Below are positions 12,721 through 23,599 of a stretch of 64,000 nucleotides of DNA, piece by piece. Positions within the stretch are counted from its first letter, which is position 1; each line of letters starts with the position of its first letter. The notes under the pieces are model-generated. The model had not been told where the DNA came from. It was given only the letters and a program-made list of their open reading frames with translations, and did not search any database. The stretch covers positions 558,001 through 622,000 of the forward strand of contig JAYWIR010000039.1 in the NCBI GenBank assembly GCA_036172245.1, read 5' to 3'. A program made the translations under genes and the position numbers. This DNA comes from Raillietiella orientalis (taxonomy: Eukaryota).

Positions 12721-13152
12721 TTATCTGGCATGGACCGGTGTTTCTTGACCGGACTTGACTTTTGCGCGCCCCAAGTCCGAGAGTCGCTGCTGCTCTGCGG
12801 GGTCGGTGCAAAGAGCAGCCGTGAAGGATCGACGACGATGCCGAGGGTTGGACGGCTCACACTGAGGGACCCTGAATAGCTCACTCCCGATTCCGACTGG
12901 TCGGCGGGGCGTCCAGTCGCAAGAAGGGAAGCGCCGTCCTGAGAATGCACACGGCACGGTGAAAACTGGGTCCATCTTGCAGTCTCCATCACGCGGAGGT
13001 CCGAAACCCACGGTGCCCCCTCCTCCCGCGCACTTTGCGTTGTCAAGATTACGCGGAGGAAGGGTCTTGTGAACCCCCATGCGACGGCGATGTCGAGCTG
13101 CTCCGATGGCTCTGTGGAATGAAGACCGAGGTTCTTGAGAACTTCAGTGTTC

Positions 13153-13580
13153 CACCCGGTCACGCCGGATTGCTACTTGTGGAAATAAGTGCGCATTTAC
13201 AAATGACCGGTCTTGACCTCACCTCCTCGAAAGCAGGTTTATTCCTCCGCTACGTCCCGCGAAAGGCCTGGGGGCAATTCTCGCTCGCGAACAGATGGGC
13301 AACGAAGAGGAACCCACAGGGAGCCAATCGACAAAAATAACGAAAGAAATTGCACTTAAGGATACCGGGGAGGGGAGGGGTCGACCCATCCTCTCTCCCT
13401 GGCATCCTCCGCCGCCTTTGCGGGATGCCTGCGAGTTCTTCCTTGTGCCGAGCGAGGTGCGGCCGTGTCTTGGTCGTCCTCAGGGAAGGAACCACCATCG
13501 CGATAGCATCTTTCGTCATCAGGCCTGCATCCTCGTCGTGGCTTCTCGACGCCGCGCGGCACCACGCAAGCAGAGCGGAG
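13153..13580 (-). mobile_element. Tx1/L1-like LINE 3' terminal fragment
   Basis: Terminal TCCGGCGTGACCGGGTG on minus strand (13169-13153); 3'UTR and last ORF2 codons similar to 21480-21650. Confidence 0.7.
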
Positions 13581-13584
13581 CTGC

Positions 13585-14600
13585 GATCGACGCCCCGGGA
13601 GACGCTCCGCCGCAACCGAAGAGGCAACTCGACAGGTCTCTCTGGTCGTCACTCGGTGTGTCCAGGAACGCTCCCGGGCAATCTGGAAGGCAGCACACCC
13701 GAAAAGCGGTTGCGGGAAGGACACCCTCTCTTCGCAGCTGCCACAGTCCGCGGCCGCACTTCCCCGGTCCAGAGGTGACGCTGGGATCAGCCGCGTAGGA
13801 GACCCCAGCGCCGCAACACCTGCATTACCGACTCCCGCCACTTCAGAGGGAGCGCAGAACTGTCCGAAAAACTGCAGGAATCCCCGCGCCTTCCAAGAAG
13901 ATCCTCCAGCGGGAAAGTCCTTTGGAGTTGGACGCGGGGGATGGAAGCGTCAATCAGCTGATGCGCCGTCCAACAGTGCAACAGTTTTTTTTTGTCCTTG
14001 GATCACACAGAACACTTGCCAGCTTGCTGGGTCGTCACTGTCACTGCTCTCTTGAGGGGAAGACAGAGCTGCAGCAAGCAGGATTCTCTGGGTCCACGAA
14101 GACTTTCTGAGACATCCCTGGATCACCTGCAACGAGAAACGTGCGTAACTTGAGTACCGAAGATACTGCGTTCCTTCTCCAAGCTCGTACCGTTTATTCT
14201 CGCCCACGTGAGAACGGTTTCCTGTTTCGAGGGAACCACAGTTCGTGGGCGATGAGATCCAGCCGTGGTCCCGTGCCAAGGCCGGAGCTGATGCCCACAT
14301 CGGAGAGGTGTTCGGCGACTACAAACGAGGAACCACGTCAGTCCCTCTGAGCCGGCCGTTCATTTGGCAAGGAATTCTGCAAGGGCGCACCAATGAGAGG
14401 CCTCTGCAGTGCGGTGGGTCACACGAGGCTGGAGTGCCATGAGCAACGAGACCTTGCTGCAACTGCTGGTAAATTCCCCAGCCAGAAAAACACCCAAAGG
14501 GGGAACCGGACCACCACCACGCTGCTGAACGAGCAGGAAAAAGGAAAGGAAGAGCTGGTCTCGGACAAAGATTGAATGGGGGAGGACGAAATCAACACAA
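13585..14600 (+). mobile_element. Tx1/L1-like LINE 5' end + degenerate gag-like ORF1
   Basis: Starts with GATCGACGCC (13585-13594); contains zinc-knuckle remnant GLCSAVGHTRLEC at about 14400-14440. Confidence 0.65.
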
Positions 14601-15799
14601 ACGGACGACCAAAACGTGCGAGCACGCAAGCGAGAAAGAACTCGGCGAATCTGTCGCAGGGTGCAGCGCGAGTGTGTCGCAAGAGAAGGAAGATCCAGAA
14701 TTAGATACGACGGGTCGACCTCTCGGAAGAGGCCGTACTTGAGAATATAGCCAGACACGTGGTCCTCCTCAGAGACCACGTGTCTCCTGCATCCGTCTTC
14801 ATTCGGGAGAAGGGTGCAGAAGAGCAGACACAGGAGTCGGAAAGGCCGAGGTCAAAAAAAGCCTTTGTTTCAGAAGCAGCTGACGAAGGACATCCGGCTT
14901 TTGGAGTTCAGAGGACTCCAGAAAGTAGAGAGCGCGGCATGCGATCAACAGAAGGAGAAATATTCCTGTGAGCTGCGCGGATCTTTGAACTGGAGCTGGA
15001 GAGAAGACAAAATTCGGACACATTGAAACTTTTCCGTTGTCGCCATGGGAAGCCACTCAAGGAGAGACAGACTTCCGACTTCCGACTCATGTCAAGAAGA
15101 AATGAGCGGAGTACAAAGCCGACTGGACCAAGGGGAATCTTCAGGCGTTGAACCAAACTCAAGAAGGGGAGACGCCACCTAATCTCCAGATGGAGGAAAA
15201 ACAAAGCATGGGATGAAAGCTTCGTTCACGCCTTTTTGTTATACATGGAAACAAACGATCCCACTTCTAGTCGGATGGGGAACGGCAAGGGGAGGGGGAA
15301 AGGAACGCTGCTCCACGTATCACCATGTGGTCCAGGTAGAGACGTCGCGAAGAGCCTGCCGAAACGAGAAACCGGCATCCGCAGAGTCAACCACATCCTG
15401 GAGAAGGTCGAAGAGGCGACCAAGACGTTGTACGTCCCGACAGTGAAGGATTGACAGGACATAAATGATCATCTCCCGAACATGACACGATGAGCCTCCA
15501 TCAAAGACGGAAGGGGCCAGGATGTAGCGATACGGAGAGCACTTTTTTTCCCACGCGTTTCATTTGCAATCAAACTGGGTACTAATGAACGCCCCACCAT
15601 CCGAAGATCCGAACCACGTGCACGTAGCGGTAATGGCGTGCCCACGGGAACAGCCACCGCATGTGTCCAGAGCAACGACATGGAAGCTGGAGTACGCGAC
15701 GCTCAACGAGCTCAGCCTCCAATGCGGGCGGCGATGGTGGCGGAGAAGTCTACCAGGACTTCCAGGACTGCTGTGACACTTCGGATCTCTCATTGGGCG

Positions 15800-16060
15800 G
15801 CTGTGACTGGCTGCGATTTTCAGCTTTCCCTTGATGACGCCTACTAACCATTCGTTGCAGTTTTCCTTGAGACTCATCCATCCCTCGTCCAGGCTGCTCG
15901 ACCGGTCTCTGCGGAAGCAAATGCCGTTCTTATTGGTGTCGAGCATCTTGGGGAACTTGTGGCCTCGAAGACACCTCTCTTCTTGGCGGCTCACCGTGAA
16001 AAAGTTCGGGAGCATCCGCGCGCACTCTGAGGACGAGTCAACTGCCAGGACGAGGAGGAC
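15800..16060 (-). mobile_element. CR1/L2-like LINE ORF2 C-terminal remnant
   Basis: PNFFTVS...CLRGHKFPKM...F...W.SL...IKGKL resembles the CR1 C-terminal FF..TRGH..KL..FF..RV..WN.L..FK..L pattern. Confidence 0.5.
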
Positions 16061-16439
16061 CGGTAGCTCAGAAAGCCCTTTCGGTGCCCCTAGGAAGGAA
16101 GTTGGTTCGTCCCCCAGCAGGAGGAGCGGCAGCAGGAACCGGTTCTTCGGATCCGCGGGAACGCGCGTGTCCGCTGCCGAAGAAGCAGCTGGTTGTATCC
16201 CTCCCGAGCGCTCTTTCCCAGCTGGATCCTTGCTTCCGCCACCTCTGATGAAGACCGCCTGTCCGCGCGCACGCACCGCGTGCTTCTGAGGTCACAGCAT
16301 CCGTAGAAATCCGAATGGCGACTGACACGCATGGCGTTGATGAATCCATCCGAGAGTTGGACTCATAGGTAGGAGCTGCCTCACCTTCCAAGGTGCTCCC
16401 GATGAGCAGCCGCGCCGCGCGCGGCATTTTCCTGGTCCA

Positions 16440-16940
16440 TTTCAAAAAAATATATATATACGGGATTCGAGTGTGTGAAGACGATGGCGCCATTAGTTAA
16501 CGGATTCCCGATGCGCTCCGGTAGCAACGCTATGGATGATGAACTCAAGGCACGGGGCATCAACCTTAACGGTAGAATCATCAAAGGTGCCAGTGAGCGC
16601 GCCGCCACTATCATTCACCTTCTCTTCTCATCGCTGGAAAATCATCTGGGAGCACTTTTCCCGGTCCGGCAGGGAAACGAAAATTGCTTGGAGAGATGCA
16701 GAAGGAAAAGGTCTTCTCGGGAGAGACTTTCGTGATGAAGCTCTTCGGATCGTTCGCCTTGCAGCGATCGATGGGCCGTGCCAGGCGCGCGGGTGGCAAG
16801 CAGTCGGATGTTCTACGAAGTTCAGCCAAGGAGCCGCCATCTGTCCGAAGGCACTCTGGGGAGGAGGAAGCAGCCGCAGGACACCAGGCATTCCTGTGAC
16901 CCGCACCACAGTGGTGTCACTTCTGCAGAGCTTTGGCACG
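16440..16940 (+). pseudogene. Very degenerate 18S rRNA 3'-half remnant
   Basis: Series of short anchors in correct 18S order: GAAGACGAT (16477), AACTCAAGG, TTAACGGTAG, CCCGGTCCGG, CTTCTCGGGAGAGACT (16713), GTGATG..CTT.GGATCGTTCG, GGGCCG..GCGCGC, ACCAGGCATTCCTGTGA (16883). Confidence 0.35.
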
Positions 16941-17146
16941 AGGGGGGATGCCCCGAACGCGGAGAGCTGCTGAGAATCCAAGTGGAACCTATCGCTCTGT
17001 GGAAAACCGAAGGGTCTCGAAAAGGCAGGCAGTCGGTAGTTAGGCAGCAGAGAACCCCGAAGGACTGTGGTCAGGGGACGGGGGAGGGAATGATGACCCA
17101 TCTGCGAGAGGCAGGGGCAGGAGTCACGAGAAAGGATATCGGACGA

Positions 17147-17945
17147 CGCATCTCTGTTGAAAGATTGTGAACTGCGTTTGACCAGGACGAAGCCAGAGGA
17201 AACTTGGTGGAGGTCCGCAGCGATCTGAACGTGCAAATTGGACGCAAGAGCTAAGTGTAGGGGATGAAGACGAATCGAACCATCTGGTAGCTGCTGGTTC
17301 CCTCCAAAGTTTCCCTCAGGATAGCTGCCGCTCTCTGGAGAGGAAAAAGAACGGAGTCTCATAGGTAAAGCCAATGATTGGAAGTATTGAGGCCGAAATA
17401 ACTTCAACCTATTCTCAAACTTTAAATTGATGATAAGTCCGGCTTGCTTGAAAGCTGAAGCTCAGACTGTTCTATCTATGAGCGCCCAGTGGGCCAATTT
17501 TGGTAAGCAGCACTGGCTCTGTGGAACGAACCAAGCGTTGGGTAATCGCGCCCGATGCGACGCTCATCAGATCCCACGAAAGGTGTTGGTTGCTATGGAC
17601 AGCAGGACGGTGGCCATGGAAGTCAGAATCCGCTAAGGAGCGTCGGCGGTGACCCACTTGCCGAAGCATCCGGTCTTGAAAACGGATGGCAACCAAGCGT
17701 CGAGCCTGCTTTCAACCGCCGGGACAGAGCCGTTCCTGACCTTCCGGACGCGTTCCGGGGGACGGCAGGTCCCTTCGGTTCCGGCAAGTGGGAAGGTCGG
17801 ACAGTGGGCGCAGAAGAATGGTTTAAGCTCGCCTGGAGCTGCCGTCGGTGCTGATATTGGTGGTGGTAGCAAATGCTCCACTGAGATCCTGGAGATCTGA
17901 TGTGGAGGGGCCACGAGAAGAGTCTTTAAGCGTGGTTCCGTTGAA
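17147..17945 (+). pseudogene. 28S (LSU) rRNA pseudogene fragment
   Basis: Recognisable conserved LSU core: GAAAGATTGTGAACT...CGAAGCCAGAGGAAACT...GTTTCCCTCAGGATAGCTG...CAACCTATTCTCAAACTTTAAAT...CAGTGGGCCAATTTTGGTAAGCAG...ACAGCAGGACGGTGGCCATGGAAGTCAGAATCCGCTAAGGAG...GGTAGCAAAT, with many substitutions/indels at normally invariant sites. Confidence 0.92.
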
Positions 17946-18899
17946 AGTCCACCTGCCTTCTTCTTCGGGGAACCAGCGGAGAAGCCAGTGCCTCCAAAGC
18001 ATAAAGCAGGTGAACTTCACGGCCCCGTTCAGGAGACGAACCAGACGAATATTTCACTCCTGCGAGGCGGTCAGGTAGATCATCGCAGAAAGGCGAAAAG
18101 AAAGGGAGCACCCGACACGTCCGGCAAGCTGGAGGCGCCTCGAAAGCACAGCTGAAGGGAGAAGGCTAGACCCACTCTCTGATCTGGTTGCCGATTAGCA
18201 GCCAGGTGGGAAGTACGGGATGGAATGAGGCTGGTTTCCAGACCTTCGACTTTCCTGCTGGGGCGATGAACGGGCAGAAAGGAGCAAGCCAACATCCCGA
18301 TACTGACGGGACTTCTGTGGAGAGGAGGCGCGGCTTCAGCAGCCGAAGCTCCCCACAGGAAGCAGAGCCCTTACAAAAAAGGCTTGTTTGCCCCGTTGCC
18401 ACGTAGGGGAGGGGGATGCAGCTGCACCATGTGCTGCCAGTTGAGTTTCATCGTGCGAGAAGGTGGCCGGACGCTCGCCGGCGATGGCGCAGGAGCCCGT
18501 GTTATTAGCAGAAAGACGGGTCTCTTGGCAACCCGGGTCTCTACTGGTCCTCTTGATATTTGATCTTTGTATGGGAAAGGGGCTCCTGGCTGGAACGTGA
18601 GCTCTTTCCAGCGTGGGGAGGCGTCGCTTCTCCCGGTCGGAAGGAGGGCATCCCGACGGGTGAGATCCGCATGCTGCGTTGGTCAGCACTGTTTGTTCGA
18701 GGATTGAACGCTTCGCTCAACGCAGCTCGGATGAATCAGTCCGGCGGCGATGCGGACCACGCCCATCCTGGAGAAACGGCAGCTGCCCCGCAGGTGCAGG
18801 AAATGGGCGGTCCGGTCCTCGACTTCCGAGCCGCCGCTCATTGCCTCGCCGAACCGCGGAGCTAAGAGAAAACCGGTGGCTCAGGGCACAGCGAGCCAG

Positions 18900-21100
18900 C
18901 CTCCTCCAAGCAACCCGTCCCCGGAGCGGATCACAGCCCTGGATTGCCGGAAGAGGAAGGAGCACGGCCTAGCAGTTGCTTGCCTGGTGAGGGTCATCAT
19001 CGCTTCTTCCTCCCGCGGAATCCAAGCTCCATCTTCGTCCCCTTGGCAACCTAAATCCTGCAGGAGCTGCTGCCTCCTTGCTCTCGCACACGGCGTTTCT
19101 TCCGGCGGCCGCTGCACACGCATGCGCGCTGCCTGTCTCCCGAACGTGGCCGCGTTCCCCTGGAGATTCTTCCCGCAGGAAGTGGCCATCTCCCATCCAC
19201 CCCCTGCACAAGCCTGCGGCTCCGCGCTCACCCTCAGATGGCAGCACACAATGGCGCTACACGACAAAAGGAAGAGTAGCGAGCGTCAACACAAACGGTG
19301 TGTCAGGGAGGGGAGCATCTTTGCCACAGCTACCGTTCGAGTGCAGTGGTTTCTTGTCACGGAATGGAGGCACTCCTGGCAATAGCCTTCCTGCCTCAGC
19401 CCAGGGACACTCCCAGAGAAGTGCCGAAGTGTCTACTTGCGTGGAACGACCTGCTGCAGGGGAAATGGGGAGGCTGCCGTACCTCATTCCGCGGCATAGC
19501 AGCGGCACGGTGCGTTGACGGAGTCAGGACAACGACTTAGGATCACCTCATGATCAGAGGGACGGAAAGGATATTCCACCTGGGTAGACTGTGGAAAAAA
19601 GCACTCGCCCGCATCCTTCAGAGGATGCAAGGGACTCACAGGGATTATCCGCGACTTTCCCCCTTCGACTCCTATTCTTTGGTTTGTTTGCTCGCTACCG
19701 CCTGCCTTCCCTGTGGCAGGATCCCTTTGTGTCATCTTCTCCCATCCTGCGAGCCGATACCCGCCCCAGGCAGCCAAGATCCTCCGAGGACCGCAGAGCC
19801 TTTCCTTCCTGGTCTCCCGCCTTCCGCCTGCACTCCCGCTGAACCCAAAAACACTCAACAGACGCCCGGAGTATTCCCGCGGCAACGGGCAGTCCGAGGG
19901 TGGAGATCCACCCATCCGGGAGTGACCCGCGGAGCACCGGGAGGGAATCGGCGAGGCACACGCCGACCTGACGGTCGCAAGTGACCGCGGGAGACACTCC
20001 TCACCGCCCCACGCTCTGAGTCTGCGCGTCGGATGGACGCGCGCAGGGGTCCTCCGTTGCAGCCTCGGCTTGCGCCCACCCCTTCGCCCGTGCGCCAGCC
20101 GTCTTTGCACCCGCGGACGGCGCTGACCCGCTGGGAAGTCGTCCTGCGACTGCGTCCCTGGTCTTGAGCCTGCTCTTCGGGGTCTCTGCACCTTGCTACG
20201 CTCTCCCTGGGGAGAGGGCGTCCTGCCCCTTTTCCGGCTGCGCCCTGCCCCTCAAGCGGATTTCTGCTTGCGGCGATTCCTTCTTCGGGAGTTCCCAGTG
20301 CCGGGCATAGTGGCGGGATGCTGTGCGGCAGAAGACCAGACGGGTCCAGGAGCGAGCATCTCTCGCTCCCTGAGGCCGGCCTGCCTCCCCTCCAGCCCCC
20401 GAGGAAGTGACTCGTCGCCGAGGCGTGGCTATGGAGGCTTCCTGTCACTCCTGTCTTCATGGAGCTGCTCTTGAGTGAGCCTCCTCCTGCTGCGCGCTTC
20501 TCTCGACTTTAGCTGGGCAGCCACTGTGGAGGGACGCCCGCCTTACGGGGTTGCCGCCTCCCCGGGCCATGGCCCGATCTTCGCCGTCCCTCTGCAGTCT
20601 CTTCCAGAGCCTCCCGCTGCTTCCGCCGGACAGAAGGGTTGTTTCCCGGAAGCACTTCGGGAGCGAAAGCCGGATGCTCCTCTCTGAGCAAACTGGGGTC
20701 TTTTCTGTCCGCCGGGCTGAGTTCCTTTTTGAAGGCGCATGTGAAGAGGAATAGGCGGCTACGGCGCTCCCACCCGATTTCTTCTGAATTCCGGTGAATG
20801 AGCCGCCCTATAGGTGTCGACGAAGGCCCACGAATGACCCTTGCAAGTTGGGATCGGGGTTGGCATGCTCTCGCCTGTTGAGAGGCAGCTGCGTCCGGAG
20901 AGCGGGAGAACGGGGTCGCTTGTGTCGCCTCCTTTTTTCCGGGACTCGCGGTCTGCCTCCAACCACATCCTGAGCGGTTCCTTCTCGAACCTTCCAAAAG
21001 GGGACGGACGTTCCCGGTTCCCTTGCAGTCATCCCTCTTGCTCTGTCCCTGCCGCACATTTCTGGCAGGAAGCCAGCGCGCCATCATTCTCACAGGGCAG
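18900..21100 (-). mobile_element. Degenerate 5' half of Tx1/L1-like LINE (ORF1 + endonuclease)
   Basis: GKQPFC...GRDC knuckle remnant near 20600; KSRII...PSDHEVIL (APE SRID...SDH) near 19550-19660. Confidence 0.55.
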
Positions 21101-21275
21101 CAGAAGGCGAAGAACAGAGACGGAAGGCGCGGCAGAACCCGCTCTTCCGGATGACCTTACTGGCTTCATCTGGCGTGCGCTACGGAAATACGGAAGCTCC
21201 CTCTGAGAGGCTGTTGATTCTGGCTGTGACTTCTAGTCTTCTCAAGGTTCCTAGCAAGGAAGGGATGGGCATTTC

Positions 21276-22730
21276 CACCCGGTCACGCCGGGGCGCTTAT
21301 TGTGAAAAAGTGTTTCTTCGCGGTGGCTCCACACCATCACTGCGAGGGGAAACGCCCCGGAGGCGCTGCTCCTCTCGAGCAGCTTCCCGATGAGATCCGC
21401 ACACGAGAAGTGGAGGAAGCGATCAACAACAACAACAAAAAATTCAGCTTAAAAATGTTTGGGGGAGGGGAAAGGAAGGGATCACAGATTCCTTCCTGGC
21501 TTCCTCAGCATCCTCTGGAGGATGTGGGTAGCTTTCTCCTTTTCTCGGAAGAGATATGGCCATTTTGTTGCCTCACTCATGAAGCAGACGATTGCGATGA
21601 CCTCACTTTGTCCATCGGGAGTGGAAGAGCCGTAGAGAAGAGTTCCCGGACACTCAGGAAGGAAACACAATCCAGCAGCAGGTGAGGGAAGTCTTCCCGT
21701 TCTATGCACCTGGAACAGTCGGGAGCTTCACTCCCTTTCGTTTACTGGAGGACCCGCACCTTGCACGCGGTCTGCGATGTCGAGTCCTGCCGCTTCTGGG
21801 GAAGCGTGGAGCCGACCACAGACAGCGGAGAGTCTGCCCCACTTCTAAGAGAATGCTCAGAAGTTCCACCCAGAGAATGATTCCTCTGGGGAGAACGGCG
21901 AGGATGGAAGAGTCAGCCAGTTGACTTGCCGTCTAGCATCCCAGCTGCTGCTTCTTTCCCTCGATCTCGCAAGATACTTTCCAGCTTGCAAGGTCATCGC
22001 CACGCCCACTTCGTCGCCTTGTGTCGAACGTGGATGCAAGTGGGGTCATCCTCGGGCAGTCCATGGTTTCCTGCAGCGAGCAGCAAGCGTGGTTCAAGAA
22101 TCGCAGGCATCGCGATGGCTCCGGGCTTCGTGCGTTTCTTTTCTCCCACTCCCAAGCTGTTCCCTGCACTACAGCTGGCGGGGAATCCACTTGTCCTCCT
22201 GGACCAAGGCGACCACTTGGCGGAGTCGGTACCCCATCGGGGTGACTCTCGGCACGAGGAACGTACCGAGTCCCTCGGCACCGGCTGGTCGCTTGGCCAG
22301 GAGTCTGGCTGGGACGCATCAATGGGTGGTCCAGAATTCCGCCGCAAGGGCTGATCTTTTACTCTGGAATTGACGCTCCCATCCTCTCCAGCGTCAGGAT
22401 ACCGAGTCTGGAGTCCCGATGCGGCGTGCGCAAGTCCTTTAAGTGGATCTGTACCTCTGCGTTCTTCAGGGGGCTTTTCTCAGAAGGTCCTTAGTTCGCT
22501 TTCCCACATCTCTGGATGTGGGAGGGAGGGGCAGACAAGAAGCAGGGTTGGTGGAGGGAACCACGAACGTGTTTCACAGGATAGTCCGTTCCGACAAAAG
22601 GAACTTGCCATTCAGGAATGGGCTGAGCTCTGATCCTGTCTTTTGTAGGCGACCGGACCAGGGAACGGGTGGGGCAGGACGCTAGAAGAAGCATTCTGGA
22701 GATACACATGGATCTACGCATCCAAGCATG
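21276..22730 (-). mobile_element. 5'-truncated Tx1/L1-like LINE copy (ORF2 3' part + 3'UTR)
   Basis: Terminus AATAAGCGCCCCGGCGTGACCGGGTG; WSGRLQK...PFLNGKFLLSERT matches WSGHLQK...PFLEGKFHLPERT; 21350-22545 nearly identical to 42755-43945. Confidence 0.9.
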
Positions 22731-23599
22731 GCACTCTTTCATCGAAGTGGTGAATCATCCTGTATCTGGCGGGGGAAGGAAGCACGTCCGAGATCAGACG
22801 TGGCCTCCACCACCACCGCCGTCACCACATCCGTTCTTCCTCCTCTTCTTCCCGTCGTTCGTCGTCCTCCCTTGCAGCGCTATCATCAGTACAATCATCA
22901 CAATCGTCATGCAAGAGAACATTCGAATGGCACTTCCGTCCACCGGTTAAGAGATGGAGAAGCAGGCATTCGTAACTGCCGATGGAGCAAGACAGATGCG
23001 TCCTCAGTGGCTCGGAACTGCGCCTTCTTTCGACTGGAGATGAAGCTGGAACAAATGTCTTTTTCTTGCTCCCCTTCCATTCCTCCCCATCCTGACTCTG
23101 GTCCTCGTTCTTCTCTTGATCCCAGTTCCGGGTTTTAGGCCACTTGTTCCTCCATGCAGCCGGTTGTTGCTCCAGGCGGCGCCCTATAGCGAAGAGCAGC
23201 AGAAGCTAGAGTTCAGCGTTCCTCCCGACGGAGTGGCTCACCAGCTGGGAAACAGCCTTGCAAGATGGAGGATTCTATAGCAAGAGCAGTCATTGACGAG
23301 CCTCTGCGTGTGTTTCTGGATTTTGCACTCGTGTGGGTGTTTGCAAGCTGGATGTCGGCTCTCTGAAACTTCAACTTTCCACTTTGAAAATCACCATTGT
23401 CATCATTCCTTCCTCCTCCCTTCCTCCTCTTCCTTGAACTTCTGTTGCAACCTCTCCGCTTTTCATTGCGACGAACTGCAGGTTGGTTACTGTCCGGGGA
23501 GTCTCCCTTCTTCCATGGCCGGAAACCTAAGAGGACTGGAAGCCCATCGTGAGCTGCTTCCCCCCGAAGGAAGGAGCCCTTCGGCTGGTTACAGGGGTG

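Noticed and set aside
17147..17945. Functional 28S rRNA gene, or a retrocopy ending at the 28S hidden break
   Set aside because: Too short and mutated at invariant positions to be functional; faint similarity appears to continue on both sides, which argues against a clean retrocopy of a processed fragment.
23140..23460. Possible additional degenerate HSP20 exon on the minus strand
   Set aside because: No frame gave a convincing alpha-crystallin pattern.
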